In this document: positions 1-15,000 of the stretch, piece after piece
Layout: every line of letters starts with the position of its first letter
How positions within the stretch are numbered: the first letter of the stretch is position 1
Source: Eledone cirrhosa
Taxonomy: Eukaryota
Direction: 5' to 3'
DNA: 64,000 nucleotides
NCBI GenBank assembly: GCA_964016885.1
Contig: OZ024744.1
Span: 118,172,001 to 118,236,000 of the forward strand
Translations under genes and position numbers: made by a program
The notes under the pieces: model-generated
Databases searched by the model: none
Told to the model about the DNA's origin: nothing
What the model saw: only the letters and a program-made list of their open reading frames with translations

Positions 1-3000
1 GAGACATGGGTAGTTAATGTAGAGGATGTGTGAGGGGTAGATTGTATGATGTCTATGTTACATGGTAGTGAGACATGGGTAGTTAATGTAGAGGATTTGT
101 GAATGGTATATTGTATGATGTCTGTGTATGTAACATGGTAGAGAGGTATGGGTAGGTAATGTAGAGGATGTGTGAAGGGTAGATTTTATGATGTCTATGT
201 ATGTTACATGGTAGTGGGACATAGGTAGTTAATGTAGAGGACGTGTGAAGGGTTGATTGTATGATGTCTGTGTATGTTACATGGTAGTCAGACATGGGTA
301 GTTAATGTAGAGGATATGTGAAGGGTAGATTGTATGATGTCTGTGTATGTTACATGGTAGTTAGACATGGGTAGTTAATGTAGAGGATGTGTGAAGGGTA
401 GATTGTATGATGTCTGTGTTACATGGTAGTGAGACATGGGTAGTTAATGTAGAGGATGTGTGAAGGGTAGATTGTATGATGTCTGTGTTACATGGTGGTG
501 AGACATGGGTAGTTAATGTAGAGGATGTGTGAGGGGGAGATTGTATGATGTCTATGTTACATGGTAGTGAGACATGGGTAGTTAATGTAGAGGAATTGTG
601 AATGGTATATTGTATGATGTCTGTGTATGTAACATGGTAGAGAGGCATGGGTAGGTAATGTAGAGGATGTGTGAAGGGTATATTTTATGATGTCTATGTA
701 TGTTACAAGGTAGTGGGACATGGGTAGTTAATGTAGAGGATGTGTGAAGGGTTGATTGTATGATGTATGTGTATGTTACATGGTAGTGAGACATAGGTAG
801 TTAATGTAGAGGATGTGTGAAGGGTTGATTGTATGTCTGTGTATGTTACATGGTAGTGAGACATGGGTAGTTAATGTAGAGGATATGTGAAGGGTAGATC
901 GTATGATGTCTGTGTATGTTACATGGTAGTTAGACATGGGTAGTTAATGTAGAAGATGTGTGAAGGGTAGATTATACGATGTCTGTGTTACATGGTAGTG
1001 AGACATGTGTATTGAATGTAGAGGATGTGTGAAGGGTAGATTGTATGATGTCTATGTATGTTACATGGTAGTGATACATGTGTAGTTAATGTAGAGGATG
1101 TGTGAAGGGTAGATTATGTGATGTCTGTGTTACAAGGTAGTGAGACATGTGTATTGAATGTAGAGTATGTGTGAAGGGTAGATTGTATGATGTCTATGTA
1201 TGTTACATGGTAGTGAGACATGGGTATTGAATGTAGAGGATATGTGAAGGGTAGATTGTATGATGTCTGTGTATGTTACATGGTAGAGAGACACGGGTAG
1301 TTAATGGAGAGGATGTGTGAAGGGTAGATTGTACGATGTCTGTGTTACATGGTAGTGAGACATGGGTAGTTAATGTAGAGGATGTGTGAAGGGTAGATTG
1401 TATGATGTCTGTGTTACAAGGTAGTGAGACATAGATAATGAATGTAGAGGATGTGTGAAGGGTAGAGTGTATGATGTCTGTGTTACATGGTAGTGAGACA
1501 TGGGTATTGAATGTAGAGGATGTGTGAAGGGTAGATTGTATGATGTATGTATTACATGGTAGTGAGACATGGGTAGTTAATGTAGAGGATGTGTGAGGGG
1601 TAGATTGTATGATGTCTATGTTACATGGTAGTGAGACATGGGTAGTTAATGTAGAGGATTTGTGAATGGTATATTGTATGATGTCTGTGTATGTAACATG
1701 GTAGAGAGGTATGGGTAGGTAATGTAGAGGATGTGTGAAGGGTAGATTTTATGATGTCTATGTATGTTACATGGTAGTGGGACATAGGTAGTTAATGTAG
1801 AGGACGTGTGAAGGGTTGATTGTATGATGTCTGTGTATGTTACATGGTAGTGAGACATGGGTAGTTAATGTAGAGGATATGTGAAGGGTAGATTGTATGA
1901 TGTCTGTGTATGTTACATGGTAGTTAGACATGGGTAGTTAATGTAGAGGATGTGTGAAGGGTAGATTGTATGATGTATGTGTTACATGGTAGTGAGACAT
2001 GGGTAGTTAATGTAGAGGATGTGTGAAGGGTAGATTGTATGATGTATGTGTTACATGGTAGTGAGACATGGGTATTGAATGTAGAGGATGTGTGAAGGGT
2101 AGATTGTATGAAGTCTATGTATGTTACATGGTAGAGAGACATGGGTAGTTAATGTAGAAGATGTGTGAAGGGTAGATTGTACGATGTCTGTGTTACATGG
2201 TAGTGAGACATGGGTAGTTAATGTAGAGGATGTGTGAAGGGTAGATTGTATGATGTATGTATTACATGTTAGTGAGACATGGGTAGTTAATGTAGAGGAT
2301 GTGTGAAGGGTAGATTGTATGATGTCAGTGTTACATGGTAGTGAGACATGGGTAGTTAATCTAGAGAATGTGTGAAGGGTAGATTGTATGATGTCTGTGT
2401 TACATGGTAGTGAGACATGAATATTGAATGTAGAGGATGTGTGAAGGGTAGATTGTATGATGTCTGTGTATGTTACATGGTAGTGAGACATGGGTATTGA
2501 ATGTAGAGGATGTGTGAAGGGTAGATTGTATGATGTATGTATTACATGGTAGTGAGACATGGGTAGTTAATGTAGAGGATGTGTGAGGGGTAGATTGTAT
2601 GATGTCTATGTTACATGGTAGTGAGACATGGGTAGTTAATGTAGAGGATTTGTGAATGGTATATTGTATGATGTCTGTGTATGTAACATGGTAGAGAGGT
2701 ATGGGTAGGTAATGTAGAGGATGTGTGAAGGGTAGATTTTATGATGTCTATGTATGTTACATGGTAGTGGGACATAGGTAGTTAATGTAGAGGACGTGTG
2801 AAGGGTTGATTGTATGATGTCTGTGTATGTTACATGGTAGTGAGACATGGGTAGTTAATGTAGAGGATATGTGAAGGGTAGATTGTATGATGTCTGTGTA
2901 TGTTACATGGTAGTTAGACATGGGTAGTTAATGTAGAGGATGTGTGAAGGGTAGATTGTATGATGTCCGTGTATGTTACATGGTAGTGAGACATGGGTAG

Positions 3001-6000
3001 TTAATGTAGAGGATGTGTGAAGGGTAGATTGTATGATGTCTGTGTTACATGGTAGTGAGACATGGGTAGTTAATGTAGAGGATGTGTGAAGGGTAGATTG
3101 TATGATGTCTGTGTTACATGGTGGTGAGACATGGGTAGTTAATGTAGAGGATGTGTGAGGGGTAGATTGTATGATGTCTATGTTACATGGTAGTGAGACA
3201 TGGGTAGTTAATGTAGAGGATTTGTGAATGGTATATTGTATGATGTCTGTGTATGTAACATGGTAGAGAGGCATGGGTAGGTAATGTAGAGGATGTGTGA
3301 AGGGTAGATTTTATGATGTCTATGTATGTTACATGGTAGTGGGACATGGGTAGTTAATGTAGAGGATGTGTGAAGGGTTGATTGTATGATGTATGTGTAT
3401 GTTACATGGTAGTGAGACATAGGTAGTTAATGTAGAGGATGTGTGAAGGGTTGATTGTATGTCTGTGTATGTTACATGGTAGTGAGACATGGGTAGTTAA
3501 TGTAGAGGATATGTGAAGGGTAGATCGTATGATGTCTGTGTATGTTACATGGTAGTTAGACATGGGTAGTTAATGTAGAAGATGTGTGAAGGGTAGATTA
3601 TACGATGTCTGTGTTACATGGTAGTGAGACATGTGTATTGAATGTAGAGGATGTGTGAAGGGTAGATTGTATGATGTCTATGTATGTTACATGGTAGTGA
3701 TACATGTGTAGTTAATGTAGAGGATGTGTGAAGGGTAGATTGTATGATGTCTGTGTTACATGGTAGTGAGACATGTGTATTGAATGTAGAGGATGTGTGA
3801 AGGGTAGATTGTATGATGTCTATGTATGTTACATGGTAGTGATACATGTGTAGTTAATGTAGAGGATGTGTGAAGGGTAGATTATGTGATGTCTGTGTTA
3901 CAAGGTAGTGAGACATGTGTATTGAATGTAGAGGATGTGTGAAGGGTAGATCGTATGATGTCTATGTATGTTACATGGTAGTGAGACATGGGTATTGAAT
4001 GTAGAGGATATGTGAAGGGTAGATTGTATGATGTCTGTGTATGTTACATGGTAGAGAGACACGGGTAGTTAATGGAGAGGATGTGTGAAGGGTAGATTGT
4101 ACGATGTCTGTGTTACATGGTAGTGAGACATGGGTAGTTAATGTAGAGGATGTGTGAAGGGTAGATTGTATGATGTCTGTGTTACAAGGTAGTGAGACAT
4201 AGATATTGAATGTAGAGGATGTGTGAAGGGTAGAGTGTATGATGTCTGTGTTACATGGTAGTGAGACATGGGTATTGAATGTAGAGGATGTGTGAAGGGT
4301 AGATTGTATGAAGTCTATGTATGTTACATGGTAGAGAGACATGGGTAGTTAATGTAGAAGATGTGTGAAGGGTAGATTGTACGATGTCTGTGTTACATGG
4401 TAGTGAGACATGGGTAGTTAATGTAGAGGATGTGTGAAGGGTAGATTGTATGATGTATGTATTACATGTTAGTGAGACATGGGTAGTTAATGTAGAGGAT
4501 GTGTGAAGGGTAGATTGTATGATGTCAGTGTTACATGGTAGTGAGACATGGGTAGTTAATCTAGAGAATGTGTGAAGGGTAGATTGTATGATGTCTGTGT
4601 TACATGGTAGTGAGACATGGATATTGAATGTAGAGGATGTGTGAAGGGTAGATTGTATGATGTCTGTGTATGTTACATGGTAGTGAGACATGGGTATTGA
4701 ATGTAGAGGATGTGTGAAGGGTAGATTGTATGATGTATGTATTACATGGTAGTGAGACATGGGTAGTTAATGTAGAGGATGTGTGAAGGGTAGATTGTAT
4801 GATGTCTATGTTACATGGTAGTGAGACATGGGTAGTTAATGTAGAGGATTTGTGAATGGTATATTGTATGATGTCTGTGTATGTAACATGGTAGAGAGGT
4901 ATGGGTAGGTAATGTAGAGGATGTGTGAAGGGTAGATTTTATGATGTCTATGTATGTTACATGGTAGTGGGACATAGGTAGTTAATGTAGAGGACGTGTG
5001 AAGGGTTGATTGTATGATGTCTGTGTATGTTACATGGTAGTGAGACATGGGTAGTTAATGTAGAGGATATGTGAAGGGTAGATTGTATGATGTCTGTGTA
5101 TGTTACATGGTAGTTAGACATGGGTAGTTAATGTAGAGGATGTGTGAAGGGTAGATTGTATGATGTATGTGTTACATGGTAGTGAGACATGGGTAGTTAA
5201 TGTAGAGGATGTGTGAAGGGTAGATTGTATGATGTATGTGTTACATGGTAGTGAGACATGGGTAGTTAATGTAGAGGATGTGTGAATGGTAGATTGTATG
5301 ATGTCTGTGTATGTTACATGGTAGTGAAATATGGGTAGTTAATGTAGAGGATGTGTGAGGGGTAGATTGTATGATGTCTATGTTACATGGTAGTGAGACA
5401 TGGGTAGTTAATGTAGAGGATTTGTGAATGGTATATTGTATGATGTCTGTGTATGTAACATGGTAGAGAGGCATGGGTAGGTAATGTAGAGGGTGTGTGA
5501 AGGGTAGATTTTATGATGTCTATGTATGTTACATGGTAGTGGGACATGGGTAGTTAATATAGAGGATGTGTGAAGGGTAGATTGTATGATGTATGTGTTA
5601 CATGGTAGTGAGACATGGGTAGTTAATGTAGAGGATGTGTGAATGGTAGATTGTATGATGTCTGTGTATGTTACATGATAGAGAGACATGCGTAGTTAAT
5701 GTAGAGGATGTGTGAAGGGTAGATTGTATGATGTCTGTGTTACATGGTAGTGAGACATGGGTAGTTAATGTAGAGGATGTTTGAAGGGTAGATTGCATGA
5801 TGTCTATGTTACATGGTAGTGAGACATGGGTAGTTAATGTAGAGGATTTGTGAATGGTATATTGTATGATATCTGTGTATGTTACATGGTAGTGAGACAT
5901 GGGTAGTTAATATAGAGGATGTGTGAAGGGTAGATTGTATGATGTATGTGTTACATGGTAGTGAGACATGGGTAGTTAATGTAGAGGATGTGTGAATGGT

Positions 6001-9000
6001 AGATTGTATGATGTCTGTGTATGTTACATGGTAGTGAAATATGGGTAGTTAATGTAGAGGATGTGTGAGGGGTAGATTGTATGATGTCTATGTTACATGG
6101 TAGTGAGACATGGGTAGTTAATGTAGAGGATTTGTGAATGGTATATTGTATGATGTCTGTGTATGTAACATGGTAGAGAGGCATGGGTAGGTAATGTAGA
6201 GGATGTGTGAAGGGTTGATTGTATGATGTATGTGTATGTTACATGGTAGTGAGACATGGGTAGTTAATGTAGAGGATATGTGAAGGGTAGATTGTATGAT
6301 GTCTGTGTATGTTACATGGTAGTTAGACATGGGTAGTTAATGTAGAGGATGTGTGAAGGGTAATTGTATGATGTCTGTGTATGTTACATGGTAGTTAGAC
6401 ATGGGTAGTTAATGTAGAGGATGTGTGAAGGATAGATTGTATGATGTCTGTGTTACATGGTAGTGTAACATGGGTAGTTAATGTAGAGGATGTGTGAAGG
6501 GTAGATTGTATGATGTCTGTGATACATGGTAGTGAGCCATGGGTAGTTAATGTAGAGGATGTGTGAAGGGTAATTGTATGATGTCTGTGTATGTTACATG
6601 GTAGTGAGACATGGTTAGTTAATGTAGAGGATATGTGAAGGGTAGATTGTATGATGTCTGTGTTACATGGTAGTGAGACATGTGTAGTTAATGTAGAGGA
6701 TGTGTGAAGGGTAGATTGTATGATGTCTATGTTACATGGTAGTGAGACATGGGTAGTTAACGTAGAGGATGTGTGAATGGTAGATTGTATGATGTCTGTG
6801 TTACAAGGTAGTGTAACATGGATAGTTAATGTAGAGGATGTGTGAAGGGTAGATTGTATGATGTCTGTGTATGTTACATGATAGAGAGACATGGGTAGTT
6901 AATGTAGAGGATGTGTGAAGGGTAGATTGTATGATGTCTGTGTTACATGGTAGTGAGACATGGATAGTTAATGTAGAGGATGTGTGAAGGGTAGATTGTA
7001 TGATGTCTGTGTATGTTACATGATAGAGAGACATGGGTAGTTAATGTAGAGGATGTGTGAAGGGTAGATTGTATGATGTCTGTGTTACATGGTAGTGAGA
7101 CATGGGTAGTTAATGTAGAGGATGTTTGAAGGGTAGATTGTATGATGTCTATGTTACATGGTAGTGAGACATGGGTAGTTAATGTAGAGGATTTGTGAAT
7201 GGTATATTGTATGATGTCTGTGTATGTTACATGGTAGTGAGACATGGGTAGTTAATATAGAGGATGTGTGAAGGGTAAATTGTATGATGTATGTGTTACA
7301 TGGTAGTGAGACATGGGTAGTTAATGTAGAGGATGTGTGAATGGTAGATTGTATGATGTCTGTGTATGTTACATGGTAGTGAAATATGGGTAGTTAATGT
7401 AGAGGATGTGTGAGGGGCAGATTGTATGATGTCTATGTTACATGGTAGTGATCCATGGGTAGTTAATGTAGAGGATTTGTGAAGGGTAGATTGTATGATG
7501 TCTGTGTTACAAGGTAGTGAGACATAGATATTGAATGTAGAGGATGTGTGAAGGGTAGAGTGTATGATGTCTGTGTTACATGGTAGTGAGACATGGGTAT
7601 TGAATGTAGAGGATGTGTGAAGGGTAGATTGTATGAAGTCTATGTATGTTACATGGTAGAGAGACATGGGTAGTTAATGTAGAAGATGTGTGAAGGGTAG
7701 ATTGTACGATGTCTGTGTTACATGGTAGTGAGACATGGGTAGTTAATGTAGAGGATGTGTGAAGGGTAGATTGTATGATGTATGTATTACATGTTAGTGA
7801 GACATGGGTAGTTAATGTAGAGGATGTGTGAAGGGTAGATTGTATGATGTCAGTGTTACATGGTAGTGAGACATGGGTAGTTAATCTAGAGAATGTGTGA
7901 AGGGTAGATTGTATGATGTCTGTGTTACATGGTAGTGAGACATGGATATTGAATGTAGAGGATGTGTGAAGGGTAGATTGTATGATGTCTGTGTATGTTA
8001 CATGGTAGTGAGACATGGGTATTGAATGTAGAGGATGTGTGAAGGGTAGATTGTATGATGTATGTATTACATGGTAGTGAGACATGGGTAGTTAATGTAG
8101 AGGATGTGTGAGGGGTAGATTGTATGATGTCTATGTTACATGGTAGTGAGACATGGGTAGTTAATGTAGAGGATTTGTGAATGGTATATTGTATGATGTC
8201 TGTGTATGTAACATGGTAGAGAGGTATGGGTAGGTAATGTAGAGGATGTGTGAAGGGTAGATTTTATGATGTCTATGTATGTTACATGGTAGTGGGACAT
8301 AGGTAGTTAATGTAGAGGACGTGTGAAGGGTTGATTGTATGATGTCTGTGTATGTTACATGGTAGTGAGACATGGGTAGTTAATGTAGAGGATATGTGAA
8401 GGGTAGATTGTATGATGTCTGTGTATGTTACATGGTAGTTAGACATGGGTAGTTAATGTAGAGGATGTGTGAAGGGTAGATTGTATGATGTATGTGTTAC
8501 ATGGTAGTGAGACATGGGTAGTTAATGTAGAGGATGTGTGAAGGGTAGATTGTATGATGTATGTGTTACATGGTAGTGAGACATGGGTAGTTAATGTAGA
8601 GGATGTGTGAATGGTAGATTGTATGATGTCTGTGTATGTTACATGGTAGTGAAATATGGGTAGTTAATGTGGAGGATGTGTGAGGGGTAGATTGTATGAT
8701 GTCTATGTTACATGGTAGTGAGACATGGGTAGTTAATGTAGAGGATTTGTGAATGGTATATTGTATGATGTCTGTGTATGTTACATGGTAGTGAGACATG
8801 GGTAGTTAATATAGAGGATGTGTGAAGGGTAGATTGTATGATGTATGTGTTACATGGTAGTGAGACATGGGTAGTTAATGTAGAGGATGTGTGAATGGTA
8901 GATTGTATGATGTCTGTGTATGTTACATGGTAGTGAAATATGGGTAGTTAATGTAGAGGATGTGTGAGGGGTAGATTGTATGATGTCTATGTTACATGGT

Positions 9001-12000
9001 AGTGAGACATGGGTAGTTAATGTAGAGGATTTGTGAATGGTATATTGTATGATGTCTGTGTATGTAACATGGTAGAGAGGCATGGGTAGGTAATGTAGAG
9101 GATGTGTGAAGGGTTGATTGTATGATGTATGTGTATGTTACATGGTAGTGAGACATGGGTAGGTAATGTAGAGGATGTGTGAAGGGTAGATTGTATGATG
9201 TCTGTGTACGTTACATGGTAGTGAGACATGGGTAGTTAATGTAGAGGATATGTGAAGGGTAGATTGTATGATGTCTGTGTATGTTACATGGTAGTTAGAC
9301 ATGGGTAGTTAATGTAGAGGATGTGTGAAGGGTAATTGTATGATGTCTGTGTATGTTACATGGTAGTTAGACATGGGTAGTTAATGTAGAGGATGTGTGA
9401 AGGATAGATTGTATGATGTCTGTGTTACATGGTAGTGTAACATGGGTAGTTAATGTAGAGGATGTGTGAAGGGTAGATTGTATGATGTCTGTGATACATG
9501 GTAGTGAGCCATGGGTAGTTAATGTAGAGGATGTGTGAAGGGTAATTGTATGATGTCTGTGTATGTTACATGGTAGTGAGACATGGGTAGTTAATGTAGA
9601 GGATGTGTGAAGGGTAGATTGAATGATGTCTGTGTTACATGGTAGTGTGACATGGGTAGTTAATGTAGAGGATGTGTGAAGAGTAGATTGTATGATGTCT
9701 GTGTATGTTACATGGTAGTGAGACATGGTTAGTTAATGTAGAGGATATGTGAAGGGTAGATTGTATGATGTCTGTGTTACATGGTAGTGAGACATGTGTA
9801 GTTAATGTAGAGGATGTGTGAAGGGTAGATTGTATGATGTCTATGTTACATGGTAGTGAGACATGGGTAGTTAACGTAGAGGATGTGTGAATGGTAGATT
9901 GTATGATGTCTGTGTTACAAGGTAGTGTAACATGGATAGTTAATGTAGAGGATGTGTGAAGGGTAGATTGTATGATGTCTGTGTATGTTACATGATAGAG
10001 AGACATGGGTAGTTAATGTAGAGGATGTGTGAAGGGTAGATTGTATGATGTCTGTGTTACATGGTAGTGAGACATGGATAGTTAATGTAGAGGATGTGTG
10101 AAGGGTAGATTGTATGATGTCTGTGTATGTTACATGATAGAGAGACATGGGTAGTTAATGTAGAGGATGTGTGAAGGGTAGATTGTATGATGTCTGTGTT
10201 ACATGGTAGTGAGACATGGGTAGTTAATGTAGAGGATGTTTGAAGGGTAGATTGTATGATGTCTATGTTACATGGTAGTGAGACATGGGTAGTTAATGTA
10301 GAGGATTTGTGAATGGTATATTGTATGATGTCTGTGTATGTTACATGGTAGTGAGACATGGGTAGTTAATATAGAGGATGTGTGAAGGGTAAATTGTATG
10401 ATGTATGTGTTACATGGTAGTGAGACATGGGTAGTTAATGTAGAGGATGTGTGAATGGTAGATTGTATGATGTCTGTGTATGTTACATGGTAGTGAAATA
10501 TGGGTAGTTAATGTAGAGGATGTGTGAGGGGCAGATTGTATGATGTCTATGTTACATGGTAGTGATCCATGGGTAGTTAATGTAGAGGATTTGTGAACGG
10601 TATATTGTATGATGTCTGTGTATGTAACATGGTAGAGAGGCATGGGTAGGTAATGTAGAGGATGTGTGAAGGGTAGATTTTATGATGTCTATGTATGTTA
10701 CATGGTAGTGGGACATGGGTAGTTAATGTAGAGGATGTGTGAAGGGTAGATTGTATGATGTCTGAGTTACATGGTAGTAAGACAAGGGTAGTTAATGTAG
10801 AGGATGTGTGAATGGTAGATTGTATGATGTCTGTGTTACATGGTAGTGTAACATGGGTAGTTAATGTAGAGGATGTGTGAAAGTTAGATTTTATGATGTC
10901 TGTGTTACATAGTAGTGAGACATGGGTAGTTAATGTAGAGGATGTGTGAAAGGTAGATTTTATGAAGTCTATGTATGTTACATGGTAGAGAGACATGGGT
11001 AGTTAATGTAGAGGATGTGTGAAGGGTAGATTGTATGATGTCTGTGTATGTTACATGGTAGTGAGACATGGGTATTGAATGTACAGGATGTGTGAAGGGT
11101 AGATCGTATGATGTCTGTGATACATGGTAGTGAGACATGGGTAGTTAATGTAGAGGATATGTGAAGGGTAGATTGTATGATGTCTGTGTATGTTACATGG
11201 TAGTTAGACATGGGTAGTTAATGTAGAGGATGTGTGAAGGGTAGATTGTATGATGTCCGTGTATGTTACATGGTAGTGAGACATGGGTAGTTAATGTAGA
11301 GGATGTGTGAAGGGTAGATTGTATGATGTCTGTGTTACAAGGTAGTGAGACATGGGTAGTTAATGTAGAGGATGTGTGAAGGGTAGATTGTATGATGTCT
11401 GTGTTACATGGCGGTGAGACATGGGTAGTTAATGTAGAGGATGTGTGAGGGGTAGATTGTATGATGTCTATGTTACATGGTAGTGAGACATGGGTAGTTA
11501 ATGTAGAGGATTTGTGAATGGTATATTGTATGATGTCTGTGTATGTAACATGGTAGAGAGGCATGGGTAGGTAATGTAGAGGATGTGTGAAGGGTAGATT
11601 TTATGATGTCTATGTATGTTACATGGTAGTGGGACATGGGTAGTTAATGTAGAGGATGTGTGAAGGGTTGATTGTATGATGTATGTGTATGTTACATGGT
11701 AGTGAGACATAGGTAGTTAATGTAGAGGATGTGTGAAGGGTTGATTGTATGTCTGTGTATGTTACATGGTAGTGAGACATGGGTAGTTAATGTAGAGGAT
11801 ATGTGAAGGGTAGATCGTATGATGTCTGTGTATGTTACATGGTAGTTAGACATGGGTAGTTAATGTAGAAGATGTGTGAAGGGTAGATTATACGATGTCT
11901 GTGTTACATGGTAGTGAGACATGTGTATTGAATGTAGAGGATGTGTGAAGGGTAGATTGTATGATGTCTATGTATGTTACATGGTAGTGATACATGTGTA

Positions 12001-15000
12001 GTTAATGTAGAGGATGTGTGAAGGGTAGATTATGTGATGTCTGTGTTACAAGGTAGTGAGACATGTGTATTGAATGTAGAGGATGTGTGAAGGGTAGATT
12101 GTATGATGTCTATGTATGTTACATGGTAGTGAGACATAGGTATTGAATGTAGAGGATATGTGAAGGGTAGATTGTATGATGTCTGTGTATGTTACATGGT
12201 AGAGAGACACGGGTAGTTAATGGAGAGGATGTGTGAAGGGTAGATTGTACGATGTCTGTGTTACATGGTAGTGAGACATGGGTAGTTAATGTAGAGGATG
12301 TGTGAAGGGTAGATTGTATGATGTCTGTGTTACAAGGTAGTGAGACATAGATATTGAATGTAGAGGATGTGTGAAGGGTAGAGTGTATGATGTCTGTGTT
12401 ACATGGTAGTGAGACATGGGTATTGAATGTAGAGGATGTGTGAAGGGTAGATTGTATGAAGTCTATGTATGTTACATGGTAGAGAGACATGGGTAGTTAA
12501 TGTAGAAGATGTGTGAAGGGTAGATTGTACGATGTCTGTGTTACATGGTAGTGAGACATGGGTAGTTAATGTAGAGGATGTGTGAAGGGTAGATTGTATG
12601 ATGTATGTATTACATGTTAGTGAGACATGGGTAGTTAATGTAGAGGATGTGTGAAGGGTAGATTGTATGATGTCAGTGTTACATGGTAGTGAGACATGGG
12701 TAGTTAATCTAGAGAATGTGTGAAGGGTAGATTGTATGATGTCTGTGTTACATGGTAGTGAGACATGGATATTGAATGTAGAGGATGTGTGAAGGGTAGA
12801 TTGTATGATGTCTGTGTATGTTACATGGTAGTGAGACATGGGTATTGAATGTAGAGGATGTGTGAAGGGTAGATTGTATGATGTATGTATTACATGGTAG
12901 TGAGACATGGGTAGTTAATGTAGAGGATGTGTGAGGGGTAGATTGTATGATGTCTATGTTACATGGTAGTGAGACATGGGTAGTTAATGTAGAGGATTTG
13001 TGAATGGTATATTGTATGATGTCTGTGTATGTAACATGGTAGAGAGGTATGGGTAGGTAATGTAGAGGATGTGTGAAGGGTAGATTTTATGATGTCTATG
13101 TATGTTACATGGTAGTGGGACATAGGTAGTTAATGTAGAGGACGTGTGAAGGGTTGATTGTATGATGTCTGTGTATGTTACATGGTAGTTAGACATGGGT
13201 AGTTAATGTAGAGGATGTGTGAAGGGTAGATTGTATGATGTATGTGTTACATGGTAGTGAGACATGGGTAGTTAATGTAGAGGATGTGTGAAGGGTAGAT
13301 TGTATGATGTATGTGTTACATGGTAGTGAGACATGGGTAGTTAATGTAGAGGATGTGTGAATGGTAGATTGTATGATGTCTGTGTATGTTACATGGTAGT
13401 GAAATATGGGTAGTTAATGTAGAGGATGTGTGAGGGGTAGATTGTATGATGTCTATGTTACATGGTAGTGAGACATGGGTAGTTAATGTAGAGGATTTGT
13501 GAATGGTATATTGTATGATGTCTGTGTATGTAACATGGTAGAGAGGCATGGGTAGGTAATGTAGAGGGTGTGTGAAGGGTAGATTTTATGATGTCTATGT
13601 ATGTTACATGGTAGTGGGACATGGGTAGTTAATATAGAGGATGTGTGAAGGGTAGATTGTATGATGTATGTGTTACATGGTAGTGAGACATGGGTAGTTA
13701 ATGTAGAGGATGTGTGAATGGTAGATTGTATGATGTCTGTGTATGTTACATGATAGAGAGACATGCGTAGTTAATGTAGAGGATGTGTGAAGGGTAGATT
13801 GTATGATGTCTGTGTTACATGGTAGTGAGACATGGGTAGTTAATGTAGAGGATGTTTGAAGGGTAGATTGCATGATGTCTATGTTACATGGTAGTGAGAC
13901 ATGGGTAGTTAATGTAGAGGATTTGTGAATGGTATATTGTATGATGTCTGTGTATGTTACATGGTAGTGAGACATGGGTAGTTAATATAGAGGATGTGTG
14001 AAGGGTAGATTGTATGATGTATGTGTTACATGGTAGTGAGACATGGGTAGTTAATGTAGAGGATGTGTGAATGGTAGATTGTATAATGTCTGTGTATGTT
14101 ACATGGTAGTGAAATATGGGTAGTTAATGTAGAGGATGTGTGAGGGGTAGATTGTATGATGTCTATGTTACATGGTAGTGAGACATGGGTAGTTAATGTA
14201 GAGGATTTGTGAATGGTATATTGTATGATGTCTGTGTATGTAACATGGTAGAGAGGCATGGGTAGGTAATGTAGAGGATGTGTGAAGGGTTGATTGTATG
14301 ATGTATGTGTATGTTACATGGTAGTGAGACATGGGTAGTTAATGTAGAGGATATGTGAAGGGTAGATTGTATGATGTCTGTGTATGTTACATGGTAGTTA
14401 GACATGGGTAGTTAATGTAGAGGATGTGTGAAGGGTAATTGTATGATGTCTGTGTATGTTACATGGTAGTTAGACATGGGTAGTTAATGTAGAGGATGTG
14501 TGAAGGATAGATTGTATGATGTCTGTGTTACATGGTAGTGTAACATGGGTAGTTAATGTAGAGGATGTGTGAAGGGTAGATTGTATGATGTCTGTGATAC
14601 ATGGTAGTGAGCCATGGGTAGTTAATGTAGAGGATGTGTGAAGGGTAATTGTATGATGTCTGTGTATGTTACATGGTAGTGAGACATGGGTAGTTAATGT
14701 AGAGGATGTGTGAAGGGTAGATTGTATGATGTCTGTGTTACATGGTAGTGTGACATGGGTAGTTAATGTAGAGGATGTGTGAAGAGTAGATTGTATGATG
14801 TCTGTGTATGTTACATGGTAGTGAGACATGGTTAGTTAATGTAGAGGATATGTGAAGGGTAGATTGTATGATGTCTGTGTTACATGGTAGTGAGACATGT
14901 GTAGTTAATGTAGAGGATGTATGAAGGGTAGATTGTATGATGTCTATGTTACATGGTAGTGAGACATGGGTAGTTAACGTAGAGGATGTGTGAATGGTAG